From Acidobacteriota bacterium (GTDB lineage Bacteria > Acidobacteriota > UBA6911), in the NCBI GenBank assembly GCA_012729555.1, contig JAAYCX010000020.1, positions 14,908-78,907 on the forward strand: a DNA stretch of 64,000 nucleotides, in the 5' to 3' direction. The notes below the pieces were generated by a model, which saw only the letters and a list, made by a program, of their open reading frames with translations, was not told the origin of the DNA and made no database searches. This document shows positions 26,915-36,523 of this stretch, piece after piece. Made by a program: the position numbers and the translations under genes. Numbering within the stretch: position 1 is the first letter of the stretch; each line of letters begins with the position of its first letter.

Positions 26915-27907
26915 TCAGCGGTTGGGGATCCCCATCGCCGCGCGCACCTCGCGAAGGAGGGGCGCGGCGACCCGGCGCGCGCGCTCCGCGCCGCGGCGCA
27001 GGACCTCGGCGATATACTCCGGCTGGCTCTCCAGTTCGCGCCGGCGCGCGCGCACCGGCTCGAACCGGCGCATGTAGAGGTCGAAGATCGCCTCCTTCAC
27101 CTCGCGGTAGCCGAGACCCCCGCTCGTGAAGCGGTCGCGCCAGTACTCCCGCTCCTCCTCCGTGCAGAAGAGTTTCAGGACCGCGTAGAGCATGCTCCTG
27201 TCCGGGTCCTTCGGCTCCTTGAGGGAGGCGGAATCGGTGACGATGGAGAAGATCTGCTGGCGCACCTCCTCCTCGGGGGCGAACAGTTCGATGGTGTTGT
27301 TGTACGACTTCGACATCTTCCGGCCGTCCCGCCCCGGGACCACCGCCACGCTCTCCGGGATGTAGGCCTCGGGGACGGTGAGCAGCTCCCCGTAGAGGTG
27401 GTTGAAACTCCCGGCGATGTCGCGCGTCACCTCGATGTGCTGCTTCTGGTCCTGGCCGACGGGGACGCGGTTGGCGCGCACGATGAGGATGTCGGCCGCC
27501 TGCAGGACCGGGTAGGCGAACAGGCCGTGGTCGGAGGAGAGCCCCTGCGCGATCTTGTCCTTGTAGGCGTGGCAGCGCTCGAGCAGCCCCATCGGGGTCA
27601 CCGTGGTCAGCAGCCACTGCAGTTCGCACACCTCGGGCAGGTCGCTCTGCACGTAGATGGCCGCCAGCTCCGGGTCGAGCCCCAGGGCGATGTAGTCGGC
27701 CGCGGTGCTGCGGGTCAGCCCAAGCAGCCGCCCCGGCTCGCGCACCGAGGTCAGCGCGTGGTAGTTCGCCAGGAAGTAGTAGCACTCGTGCCCTTCCCGG
27801 ATGAACTGGACGAACTGCTGCACCGCCCCGAAATAATTGCCGAGATGGAGGTTTCCCGAGGGCTGGATGCCCGAGACAATGGTCAGCTTCCTGGTCGCGT
27901 CGGTCAT
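26915..27907 (-). CDS. trpS: tryptophan--tRNA ligase
   Basis: Class I motifs (SGIQPSGNLHLGNY as HIGH; KMSKS as KMSKS); start chosen at MTDATRKL (27907); the ORF is open up to 27979. Confidence 0.85.
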   Translation of the reverse strand: MTDATRKLTIVSGIQPSGNLHLGNYFGAVQQFVQFIREGHECYYFLANYHALTSVREPGRLLGLTRSTAADYIALGLDPELAAIYVQSDLPEVCELQWLLTTVTPMGLLERCHAYKDKIAQGLSSDHGLFAYPVLQAADILIVRANRVPVGQDQKQHIEVTRDIAGSFNHLYGELLTVPEAYIPESVAVVPGRDGRKMSKSYNNTIELFAPEEEVRQQIFSIVTDSASLKEPKDPDRSMLYAVLKLFCTEEEREYWRDRFTSGGLGYREVKEAIFDLYMRRFEPVRARRRELESQPEYIAEVLRRGAERARRVAAPLLREVRAAMGIPNR

Positions 27908-28105
27908 GGTGTTCCTTGTCGTTCCCCTTTGAGTTGGTGCGCAATCGAAGATAGTGTCATTGCCCGCCCCCTTTTTCAACGAAGAGTTTGCCGGCGGGGC
28001 GGAGATTGTGGAACCCCGCGGGGGTGCGGGGCGTATCGCCCTTCGTTGACTCGCTGGTGCATAATGCCTATACTTTTCCGAGGGAATGAAGTATCCGGAG
28101 GGTAG

Positions 28106-29764
28106 ATGATGCGTTTTTCAAGAATTTGGGCCGTTCTGGCCATCCTCAGCCTGGGATCGGGCCTCTGCCTTTCCGGCGCGGCCCAGGACAGTTCCAGGAA
28201 AAGGGAGCGGAGCCAGACCGAGCGCTACAAGGAGTGGCTCGACAAGGACGTGGTCTACATCATCTCCGAGGAGGAGAAACAGTTCTTCAAGGACCTGAAG
28301 AACGACGAGGAACGGGAGAGCTTCATCGAGCAGTTCTGGCAGCGGCGCAACCCCGACCCGCGCTCCCCTTACAACTCCTTCAAGGAAGAGCATTACCGGC
28401 GCATCGCCTACGCCAACCAGCACTACACCTCCGGCATCCCGGGCTGGCGCACCGACCGCGGGCGCGTCTACATCCTCTGGGGCCCCCCCGACCAGACCGA
28501 ATCGCGCCCGACCGGCGGCATCTACTACCGGAGCCGCCTGGAAGGAGGGGGGTCCACTTCCGTCTTCCCCTTTGAAAAGTGGTGGTACCGCCACATCGAC
28601 GGCGTCGGCGACGACATCGAGCTGGAGTTCGTCGACAGCTCCAACAGCGGGGAGTACCGCCTGGCGATGAGCCCGGACGAAAAGGACGCCCTGATCAACG
28701 TCCCCGGCGCCGGCCTGACCCTGGCGGAGGAAATGGGGCTGGCCGACAAGCGGGACCGCGCCTTCTTCAACCCGAGCGGCTGGTACGACCCCAACAACCC
28801 CCAGGCCGCGGGGCGCCGCACCAAGGACGGACCGTTCGACCGGATGGAGCAGTTCTTCACCGTGCAGCGCCCGCCCAAGATCAAGTTCGAGGACCTCAAG
28901 AGCGTGGTCACCACCAACGTCACCTTCAGCAGCCTGGCCTACGACCTGAAGACCGATTACATCAAGCTCTCCGAGGACAAGGTCATGGTCCCGATCACCC
29001 TGGAACTCGACAACCGGGACCTGGAATTCAAGAAGGACAAGGACTTCAACCGCGCGCACATCAACGTCTACGGCATCGTGACCGGGCTCACCAACCGCAT
29101 CCACGCGGAATGGGAGGACGAGATCGCGCGCGACTTCATCGACCTCTACTTCGACGCCGGGAAGGAGAAGCGGTCGGCCTACCAGCGCATCATCGCCCTG
29201 CCGCCCGGACAGCGCTACAAGCTCGACCTGGTGCTCAAGGACGTCAACAGCAAGAAGGTGGGGGCCATGAGCGTGGGCCTGGTCGTGCCCAAGTTCGACT
29301 CCCCCGGGCTGCAGTCGAGCACCATCATCCTGGCCAACACGATCACGGCCGCGCCGATGAACGCCACGCAGCTGGACCAGTACGTCATCGGGGACATGCG
29401 GGTGGTCCCCAACGTCACCGCCGAATACGTCCCGGGGCAGAACCTGGTCCCCTACATGCAGATCTACAACATGGAGATCGACCAGACCAGCGAGAAGCCT
29501 TCGCTCGACATCAAGTTCGTCGTCAAGAAGGACGGGAAGGTGGTGGAGGAGACCGAGGACACCGCCGTCAATTCCGAACAGTTCTACTACGGCCAGCGGG
29601 TGGTGCTGGTCGGCAGGATCCCCCTGAAGGGGGTCTCCCCGGGGAAATACACCCTGGAAATCCAGGTGGTGGACAAGATCTCGGGGAATTCGCTGACGAC
29701 CAGGACGGACTTCAAGGTCAAGAACCCCCCGGCGCCCCCGGTCCAGGCCGCCAACCCGGACTGA
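28106..29764 (+). CDS. GWxTD-domain exported protein
   Basis: Signal peptide MMRFSRIWAVLAILSLGSGLCLSGAA; GWxTD motif GWRTDRGRVYILWGPPD. Confidence 0.75.
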   Translation: MMRFSRIWAVLAILSLGSGLCLSGAAQDSSRKRERSQTERYKEWLDKDVVYIISEEEKQFFKDLKNDEERESFIEQFWQRRNPDPRSPYNSFKEEHYRRIAYANQHYTSGIPGWRTDRGRVYILWGPPDQTESRPTGGIYYRSRLEGGGSTSVFPFEKWWYRHIDGVGDDIELEFVDSSNSGEYRLAMSPDEKDALINVPGAGLTLAEEMGLADKRDRAFFNPSGWYDPNNPQAAGRRTKDGPFDRMEQFFTVQRPPKIKFEDLKSVVTTNVTFSSLAYDLKTDYIKLSEDKVMVPITLELDNRDLEFKKDKDFNRAHINVYGIVTGLTNRIHAEWEDEIARDFIDLYFDAGKEKRSAYQRIIALPPGQRYKLDLVLKDVNSKKVGAMSVGLVVPKFDSPGLQSSTIILANTITAAPMNATQLDQYVIGDMRVVPNVTAEYVPGQNLVPYMQIYNMEIDQTSEKPSLDIKFVVKKDGKVVEETEDTAVNSEQFYYGQRVVLVGRIPLKGVSPGKYTLEIQVVDKISGNSLTTRTDFKVKNPPAPPVQAANPD

Positions 29765-29792
29765 CCCGGGCCGTCGCCGGAAAGGGGAAGGC

Positions 29793-30641
29793 ATGAGGGT
29801 CCTCATCGTCGGTGCGCGCGGGATGCTGGGCGGCGAGCTCCTCGAAGCGTTCGCCCCGCGCCATGACACCGCGGGGCTCGACCTGCCCGACATCGACATC
29901 ACCGACGAGGCCTCGTCCCTGGAGCTCGTGCGGGCGGCCGCCCCGGACCTCGTCGTCAACGCCGCCGCCTATACCCGCGTCGACGAATGCGAAACGCATC
30001 CCGGGGCCGCATTCCGCGTCAACGGAGAGGGGGCGGGCCACCTCGCCCGGGCGGCCGCGGAGGCGGGCGCCGCGCTGGTCCACTTCAGCACCGACTACGT
30101 CTTCGACGGGGAGAAGGCGGATCCCTATGTCGAGGAGGACGTCCCGAACCCCCGGAGCGTCTACGGCCGTTCCAAGCTGCTGGGGGAGACGCTGGTCCGC
30201 GAGCGCTGCCCGGAGCACCTCCTCCTGCGCATCTCCTGGCTCTTCGGCCCCCACGGGAAAAACTTCATCCGCACCATCCTCGACGCCGCCCGGAGGGGGA
30301 AGCCGCTGCGGGTGGTGGACGACCAGACGGGAAGCCCCACCTGCGCGCGGGACGCGGCGGCGCGGACGGTCGAGATGGCCGAGGCCGGCTGCCGGGGGGT
30401 GTACCACCTCACCAACCGCGGCTCCTGCAGCTGGTACGAGCTGGCCCGCCGCTCGGTCGAGTGGGCCGGGCTGACCGGGGTGAGCCTCACCCCGGTCCCC
30501 GCCTCGGAATTCCCCAGCCTCGCGCCGCGCCCCGCCCGCTCCACCCTGGCCAACGCCCGCCTGCTGCGCGAGGGCTTCCCGCCGCTGCGCCCCTGGCAGG
30601 AAGCGGCGCGCGAATATGTCGAAAATCACCTGAAAAAATAG
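29793..30641 (+). CDS. rmlD: dTDP-4-dehydrorhamnose reductase
   Basis: Rossmann GxxGxxG (VGARGMLGGEL) and YxxxK (YGRSK), RmlD_sub_bind-like length. Confidence 0.85.
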   Translation: MRVLIVGARGMLGGELLEAFAPRHDTAGLDLPDIDITDEASSLELVRAAAPDLVVNAAAYTRVDECETHPGAAFRVNGEGAGHLARAAAEAGAALVHFSTDYVFDGEKADPYVEEDVPNPRSVYGRSKLLGETLVRERCPEHLLLRISWLFGPHGKNFIRTILDAARRGKPLRVVDDQTGSPTCARDAAARTVEMAEAGCRGVYHLTNRGSCSWYELARRSVEWAGLTGVSLTPVPASEFPSLAPRPARSTLANARLLREGFPPLRPWQEAAREYVENHLKK

Positions 30642-30720
30642 AACCTACCCCCTCTTATAGTATACTTTCCCCTCGGGGAGACAGATTTCCAATACATAGG
30701 GTTTTCGATTCGGCGGGGCC

Positions 30721-31188
30721 ATGGCGGAGAAGCAGGCGGGGGAAAAGGTCGTCGCGACCAACAAGAAGGCGTTTCACGAGTATTTCATCCTGGACAGGCT
30801 GGAGGCCGGCATCAGCCTCCTGGGGACCGAGGTCAAGGCCATCCGCGAAGGGCGGCTGAACCTCAAGGACAGCTACGCCCTGATCAGGAACGGCGAGGCC
30901 CTCCTCTTCAACTGCCACATCAGCCCCTATTCCCACGGCAACCGCGAAAACCACGAGCCGACGCGCCCCCGCAAGCTCCTGCTGCACCGGCAGGAGATCC
31001 GCAAGCTGATCGGGAAGACGCAGGAGAAGGGGCTGACCCTGACCCCCCTGCGCGTCTATTTCAAGCGGGGGAAGATCAAGGTCGAGCTCGGCGTCGCGCG
31101 GGGGAAGAAGCTGGTGGACAAGAGAGAATCGGAGCGGCGGAAGGAAGCGGACCGGGAAGCGGCCGCCGCCATGAAGAACCGTCGCTGA
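30721..31188 (+). CDS. smpB: SsrA-binding protein
   Basis: Canonical SmpB sequence ([35 protein letters not shown]...); possible -10 TATAGT/TATACT in the 30.66 kb leader. Confidence 0.9.
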   Translation: MAEKQAGEKVVATNKKAFHEYFILDRLEAGISLLGTEVKAIREGRLNLKDSYALIRNGEALLFNCHISPYSHGNRENHEPTRPRKLLLHRQEIRKLIGKTQEKGLTLTPLRVYFKRGKIKVELGVARGKKLVDKRESERRKEADREAAAAMKNRR

Positions 31189-31204
31189 CCACAGGAGGCT
31201 GCAT

Positions 31205-32689
31205 ATGGATATAGAGTATCGGCCGGGCGCTTTTTCCGACACCGCCTGCGACCTGCTGGCGTATCCCGTTTTTGAAGAGGAGGCCGGGGACTTCGCCCCG
31301 CTCGAGCCGCTGGACACAAGGGTCCGCGGCGCGGTCCGGAGGGCGCTGGAATCGGGCGAGTTCAAACCGGAACCCTGCCGGACCTGCACCCTCTTCCCCG
31401 CCGGTGGGCTGCGGGCGCGCCGCCTGCTGCTGGTGGGGGCGGGAAAGAAAGGGCGCTTCGACCCCGCCGCGCTGCGCGACGTCGCCGGCACCGCGGTGCG
31501 GGCGGCCCGGGCGGCCGCCTGCCGGACGATGGCCCTCCTCGGCCGGGGGGACCACCCGCCGGGGCTCGCGGCCCGGGTGGCGGCCGAGGGGGCGCTCTAC
31601 GCCGGCTACGAGGCCGATATCTACAAGACGCGCGACCGCGAGCGGCGGGAGCTCGAGCGGTTCTACGTCCTCCTGCCCGGCGCCCCCGCGCGCGCCGCGG
31701 GCGAGGCGGCCGAAGGGATCCGGCGCGGCGTCATCACGGGGGAAGCCACCAATTTCGCCCGCACCCTGGCCAACGAACCGGCCAATATCCTGACCCCCGC
31801 GCGCCTGGCCGAGCGCGCCCGGGAGATCCCCGGCCTCGCCGTGCGGACCCTGGACCGCGAAGAGATGGAAAAGATGGGGATGCACGCGCTCCTGGCCGTC
31901 AGCCGCGGCAGCGCCGAGCCCCCGGGCCTCATCGTCCTGGAAATCCCCGGGGAGAAGGGGAAGCGGCCGGGCCGTGGTCCGCTGCACGCCCTGGTGGGCA
32001 AGGGCGTCACCTTCGACAGCGGGGGGATCTCGCTCAAGCCCGCGGACAAGATGGAGGAGATGAAGGGGGACATGGCCGGGGGCGCCGCGGTCCTCGGGGC
32101 CATGGCCGCCCTGGCCAGGCTCAAGCCCCGGGTCCCCGTCATCGGGCTGGTCCCGGCGGTCGAAAACCTTCCCGGCGGCCGGGCCACCCGGCCGGGGGAC
32201 GTGGTCCGATCGTACCTGGGCAAGACGGTGGAGATCATCAACACCGACGCCGAGGGGCGCCTCATCCTGGCCGACGCGCTGGCCTACGCCCGGACCCTGG
32301 GCGCCGCCCGTCTCCTCGATGTCGCCACCCTGACCGGGGCCTGCATGGTCGCCCTCGGGCGCGTCAACGCCGGGATGATGGGGACGGACCAGAAGACGAT
32401 GGACCTGCTGCTCCGGAACCGCCGCGTCACCGGGGAGGGGCTCTGGCAGCTCCCGATGGACGACGCCTACCGGAAGGCGATCCGGAGCGAGATCGCCGAC
32501 GTGAAGAACATCGGCGACCGCTGGGGGGGGGCCATCACGGCGGCCAAGTTCCTCGAGGAGTTCACCGAGGACACCCCCTGGGTTCACCTCGACATCGCGG
32601 GGATGGACCTGGAGACCGACGGGCGCCCCTTCGCCTGCAAGGGGGCCACGGGGTTCGGGGTGAGGACGCTCGTCAGCTGGCTGGAATAG
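31205..32689 (+). CDS. pepA: leucyl aminopeptidase (M17)
   Basis: M17 signature NTDAEGRLILADALAYA and catalytic KGVTFDSGG. Confidence 0.85.
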   Translation: MDIEYRPGAFSDTACDLLAYPVFEEEAGDFAPLEPLDTRVRGAVRRALESGEFKPEPCRTCTLFPAGGLRARRLLLVGAGKKGRFDPAALRDVAGTAVRAARAAACRTMALLGRGDHPPGLAARVAAEGALYAGYEADIYKTRDRERRELERFYVLLPGAPARAAGEAAEGIRRGVITGEATNFARTLANEPANILTPARLAERAREIPGLAVRTLDREEMEKMGMHALLAVSRGSAEPPGLIVLEIPGEKGKRPGRGPLHALVGKGVTFDSGGISLKPADKMEEMKGDMAGGAAVLGAMAALARLKPRVPVIGLVPAVENLPGGRATRPGDVVRSYLGKTVEIINTDAEGRLILADALAYARTLGAARLLDVATLTGACMVALGRVNAGMMGTDQKTMDLLLRNRRVTGEGLWQLPMDDAYRKAIRSEIADVKNIGDRWGGAITAAKFLEEFTEDTPWVHLDIAGMDLETDGRPFACKGATGFGVRTLVSWLE

Positions 32690-32693
32690 GCCG

Positions 32694-33710
32694 TCACCGG
32701 CACCGGGTGCGGGCGGCCGCGAGGCGCAGGGCCCAGCGGACGGCCGAGTTCATGCTGTCGTGGCGCGCCGTCCCCTTCCCCGCGATCTCGTAGGCCGTGC
32801 CGTGGTCGACCGAGGTGCGCACGAAGGGGAGCCCGAGCGTCACGTTGACCGTCTCCCCGAAGCCGATGAGCTTGACGGGGCCGAGCCCCTGGTCGTGGTA
32901 CATGGCCAGCACCACGTCGAACTCGCCGCTGTAGGCGCGCCAGAAGAGGGTGTCGGCCGGGAGCGGGCCCTCGATGACGGCGGCGGGAAACTCGGCGCGC
33001 GCCCGCCCGATCGCGGGCAGCAGCACCCTCTCTTCCTCCGACCCCATGATCCCCCCCTCCCCGGCGTGCGGGTTGAGCCCCGCGACCGCCACCCGCCGGC
33101 AGGGGAGCCCCAGGCGCGGGAACTCGGTCAGGAGGACGCGCAGCTTCCCGTACACGATGTCGGGTGAGAGGGTGTCGACGACCGTGCGCAGCGGGGAGTG
33201 GATGGTGGCCAGGACCACCCGGAGCCGCTCGGTCAAAAAGGCCATCGCGATCTCGCGGGCCCCCGAGAGATGGGCCAGAAACTCGGTGTGCCCCGGAAAG
33301 TCGTAGCCCGCCTCCTGGAAGAACCACTTGTTCAGGGGGGCGGTGACCATGGCGTCGAGGTTCCCCCGGAGGCAGGCGGCGGCGCATTCACAGACGTTGC
33401 GCGCCGCGGCGGCCCCGCTCGCCCTCGATCCCTTCCCGGGGACGACGCCCGAGACCGGGATGTCCACGACCGCCCGCTCCGGCAGGGGGCGGCCGCCGTG
33501 CAGGGCTTCGGGGGCCACGGTCTCGTAGGGGAAGGGGAGCCCGAGCTCCCGCGCGCGCTCCGCGAGCAGGTCGCGGCCGCCGAAGAGCACCAGGCGGCAT
33601 CGTCCGAACTCCTCCTCCGCGGCCGCCCGGAGCGAAACCTCCGGCCCGACCCCGGCGGGATCGCCGGTGGTGATGCCGATGCGGGGAGTAAAAGCGGCCT
33701 GTTCTGGCAA
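32694..33710 (-). CDS. pdxA: 4-hydroxythreonine-4-phosphate dehydrogenase family protein
   Basis: PdxA-family motifs (GDPAGVGPE, HTEFLA, DHGTAYEIAGKG). Confidence 0.8.
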   Translation of the reverse strand: MPEQAAFTPRIGITTGDPAGVGPEVSLRAAAEEEFGRCRLVLFGGRDLLAERARELGLPFPYETVAPEALHGGRPLPERAVVDIPVSGVVPGKGSRASGAAAARNVCECAAACLRGNLDAMVTAPLNKWFFQEAGYDFPGHTEFLAHLSGAREIAMAFLTERLRVVLATIHSPLRTVVDTLSPDIVYGKLRVLLTEFPRLGLPCRRVAVAGLNPHAGEGGIMGSEEERVLLPAIGRARAEFPAAVIEGPLPADTLFWRAYSGEFDVVLAMYHDQGLGPVKLIGFGETVNVTLGLPFVRTSVDHGTAYEIAGKGTARHDSMNSAVRWALRLAAARTRCR

Positions 33711-33720
33711 GGGGACCCGG

Positions 33721-34062
33721 TTACTCCTCTTCGCGGTGGTCCAGATCGACCTCGTCGGGCTCCTGGTCTTCGTTCTGCTTGTGGATGTACTTGATCACGT
33801 GCTTCATGATGAGGAGGTTCGGCCCGTCGCCGCGGTGCACCTTGATGCAGCTCTTGTCGTACCACTCGATGACGCCCCGGATCTCCTCGCCGTCGATGAG
33901 GGCGACGACCATCGGTGTCTTTGCCGCCATCTGCTTGATGTAGTAATAGTTCTCGGCGTTGGTCACCTCCGGCGGGACGCGCTTGCGAGGCACGGAACCG
34001 TAACGCGGCATCTGGTCCTTGATCTCGGACAAACTGGGACGAATGAGCTTCCTGTTTACCAT
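33721..34062 (-). CDS. Hfq-like Sm-fold RNA-binding protein (divergent)
   Basis: Alignable to the Hfq Sm1/Sm2 core: NYYYIKQMAAKTPMVVALIDGEEIRGVIEWYDKSCIKV...MKHVIKYI against the Hfq ...[25 protein letters not shown]...YKHAIST; acidic tail; AT-richer gene. Confidence 0.45.
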   Translation of the reverse strand: MVNRKLIRPSLSEIKDQMPRYGSVPRKRVPPEVTNAENYYYIKQMAAKTPMVVALIDGEEIRGVIEWYDKSCIKVHRGDGPNLLIMKHVIKYIHKQNEDQEPDEVDLDHREEE

Positions 34063-34182
34063 AGGATCCTCCGGTGGAGGTTGCTAGAGAGCGATTGGCG
34101 ATATTCCGCGAGCCGCCGTAAGCTGCCTGTCCGTGCGGTCGATCAGTCGGATTAAGCGGCATTGTAATCTCTCACTGTCCCT

Positions 34183-34211
34183 TTGACAAGAGAAAATTAA
34201 TCCGCTAAATT
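34183..34211 (+). promoter_or_regulatory. near-consensus sigma70 promoter TTGACA-17-TAAATT upstream of the TPR gene
   Basis: TTGACA at 34183-34188, 17-nt spacer, TAAATT at 34206-34211, about 45 nt before ATG 34257; located in a 194-nt AT-rich divergent intergenic region. Confidence 0.4.
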
Positions 34212-34256
34212 TAATGTCCAGTGAGTTTAGAAATGCCTTATTCCCCGGGGTGCCGC

Positions 34257-34685
34257 ATGATGAAACCCCTGCTGGTCCTGTCGCTGCTGCTGGCGCCCGC
34301 CCTCCCGCGGCCGGACGCGGCCGGGGCGCAGGACTCCGGCCGGCCCCGACTGATCCGGGACACCGCCGTGGCCGAAGGGGAGGAGGAGAGGGCCGCGGAG
34401 GAGCCGCTGCCGGAGCCCGACCCCGCCCGGGCGGAGGAAAGCGTCGATATCGGCGACTACTATTTCAAGCGGAAGAACTATCCGGCCGCCATCGAGCGAT
34501 ACCTCGAGGCGCTCCGGTACCAGCCCGACTTCATCCCGGCCTGGGAAGCCCTGTCGAAGGCCTACGAGAAAAGCGGGCAGCGCTCCAGGGCGATCGACGC
34601 CCTGAAGTCGCTGATCGAAAAGAACCCCGACTCCCCCGGGGTCCCGGAATACCGCCGGAAGCTGGAGCGGCTGGAAAAGCCGTAG
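34257..34685 (+). CDS. exported tetratricopeptide-repeat protein
   Basis: Signal peptide MMKPLLVLSLLLAPALP; TPR-like helices (YYFKRKNYPAAIERYLEALRYQPDFIPAWEALSKAYEKSGQ). Confidence 0.55.
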   Translation: MMKPLLVLSLLLAPALPRPDAAGAQDSGRPRLIRDTAVAEGEEERAAEEPLPEPDPARAEESVDIGDYYFKRKNYPAAIERYLEALRYQPDFIPAWEALSKAYEKSGQRSRAIDALKSLIEKNPDSPGVPEYRRKLERLEKP

Positions 34686-34698
34686 ACCCCGGCCGGAA

Positions 34699-35796
34699 TC
34701 AGCGCCGGGTGATTTCGATGAAGAGGGCCTCGAGCGCGATCTGGCGGTTCACGTTGCTCCTGAGGTTCAGCTTGAGCCTCCGCACCCCCTCGATGGCGCG
34801 CACCACGGTCTGGTGCCGCGCCGACCGGGCGAGCGGGCCGATCCGGTCGAGCAGGTCCCGCTGCCCCACCCGCCCCGGGTCGATCCCCGCGTAGTAGACA
34901 TCCTCGAGCAGGGCCGAAACCGAATCGATGTAGACCGGGAAGGACTGCTTGTCCCGGGCCGCCTGGGCCGCCGCGGCGCTGGCTTCGCGGAAGGACCCCT
35001 TCCGCAGCAGGAGGGATACGAAGGCGAACGCCTGCTCCCGGATCCCGCCGTAGGCGGCGGTGTCGACCTCGAGGGCGGCCCCGAGGCTCCCCCCGCCGAG
35101 GAGGGCCGCCAGGCGCGCCTGGGCCGCCGGACGGCCCTCCGCCTCGACCAGGTGCCGTTCGATCCTCTCCGGAGGGATCTCCCCGAAATGGAGCAGGCGG
35201 CAGCGCGAGCGGATGGTGTCGAGCAGCGCGTAGGGGTTGGAGGTCACGAGAAGGATCACCGTGCGGCTCGGGGGCTCCTCCAGGGTCTTGAGCAGGCAGT
35301 TCTGGGCCTCGACCGTCATCTGGTCGGCCGGGTCGAGGATCACGGCGCGGTAGCGCGCCTCGATCGGCTGAAAGGCGATTTCCCCGATGAGGCCCCGGAC
35401 CCGCTTGATGCCGATCGCCGTCTTCCCCTCGTCCGGCCCGACCAGGTGCAGATCGGGATGGCGCATCTCCCTGATCCTGCAGCTCGGGCAGCTGCCGCAG
35501 GGACGGTCCCCCCTTTTTTCGCATTCCAGCCGCCGCGCCAGGAGGGCGGCGCCGATCCTCACGCAGGGGGAGCAGCGGCCGCAGGCGTCGTCCCCTTCCG
35601 GGGAGAGGCAGTTGAGGCGGCGGGCGGCCATGAGGGCCAGGGTGCATTTGCCGACCCCGGGCGGGCCGGCGAAGATCATGGCGTGCGGCAACCGGTCGCG
35701 GCCGATCGCGCGCCGCAGGATTTCGACCGCCCGCGCGTTGCCGATGAAGGAGTCGAAGCCGGGGGCCGTCTTCGGGGGAAGGGTGCGCGCGCTCAC
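34699..35796 (-). CDS. holB: DNA polymerase III subunit delta'
   Basis: AAA+ Walker A GPPGVGKCT, zinc module CxxC-CxxC (CGRCSPC...CGSCPSC), sensor motifs; GTG start at 35796 overlaps the tmk stop (GTGA). Confidence 0.8.
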   Translation of the reverse strand: MSARTLPPKTAPGFDSFIGNARAVEILRRAIGRDRLPHAMIFAGPPGVGKCTLALMAARRLNCLSPEGDDACGRCSPCVRIGAALLARRLECEKRGDRPCGSCPSCRIREMRHPDLHLVGPDEGKTAIGIKRVRGLIGEIAFQPIEARYRAVILDPADQMTVEAQNCLLKTLEEPPSRTVILLVTSNPYALLDTIRSRCRLLHFGEIPPERIERHLVEAEGRPAAQARLAALLGGGSLGAALEVDTAAYGGIREQAFAFVSLLLRKGSFREASAAAAQAARDKQSFPVYIDSVSALLEDVYYAGIDPGRVGQRDLLDRIGPLARSARHQTVVRAIEGVRRLKLNLRSNVNRQIALEALFIEITRR

Positions 35797-36422
35797 GGCA
35801 GCCACCGGTCGAGAAGCTCCCGGACCCGGGCGAAGACCTCGTCCGGACTCCCGCCGGCGTCCACGACCTCGATCCGGCCGGGAAAGCGCCGGGCCAGCTC
35901 GAGGTAGCCCTGGCGGATCTTCCGGTGGAAGGAAAGATCCTCCTCCTCGAACCGCCCCTCGGCCGCCGCGGCCGGGTCGGAGCCGTTGCGCGCCCGCGCC
36001 CGGCCGAGCCCCGTTTCCACGTCGAGGTCGAAGAGGACGGTCCGGTCCGGCTCGATGATGCCCAGGAGCCGGGCCACCCGCTCGATGTCGTCCATGGGAA
36101 TCCCGCGCGCGGCCCCCTGGTAGACGCGCGTGGCGTCCTGGTACCGGTCGCACAGCACCACCTGGCCGCGCCCGAGGGCGGGCTCGATCTCTTCGCGCAG
36201 ATGCTGGTGCCGGTCGGCGAGGTAGAGGAGGAGTTCCGACCACGGCTCCCGCCGGCCGCCATCGGGACTGAGCAAAACCCGGCGCAGCGCGCGCCCGAAC
36301 TCGGTCCCCCCGGGCTCCCGCGTCAGCAGGCAGGGGACGCCGCGGCGGACGAGGTGCCCGTGCGCCCGCCCGATCTGCAGGCTCTTGCCGGAACCTTCTA
36401 TCCCTTCAAAGGTGATGAACAT
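35793..36422 (-). CDS. tmk: thymidylate kinase
   Basis: P-loop FEGIEGSGKS, DRY-like motif (CDRYQDA) and lid region. Confidence 0.9.
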   Translation of the reverse strand: MFITFEGIEGSGKSLQIGRAHGHLVRRGVPCLLTREPGGTEFGRALRRVLLSPDGGRREPWSELLLYLADRHQHLREEIEPALGRGQVVLCDRYQDATRVYQGAARGIPMDDIERVARLLGIIEPDRTVLFDLDVETGLGRARARNGSDPAAAAEGRFEEEDLSFHRKIRQGYLELARRFPGRIEVVDAGGSPDEVFARVRELLDRWLP

Positions 36423-36523
36423 CGGAATCCTTGCCAGGGGGGCCGAAGCCTTCTAGAATGCATCAGGGTAACAAAGCCCGGTCCTCAACTCAAACCGAAT
36501 TCTCAGCCGAGGCGCGGAGGCCC

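Noticed and set aside
27980-28105. T-box / attenuator leaders for trpS (27980-28105) and serS (62362-62467)
   Set aside because: Leaders are only about 106-126 nt, too short for a T-box riboswitch. No specifier-loop or T-box consensus was recognised. Only short GC hairpins (CCCCGC...GCGGGG) are present.
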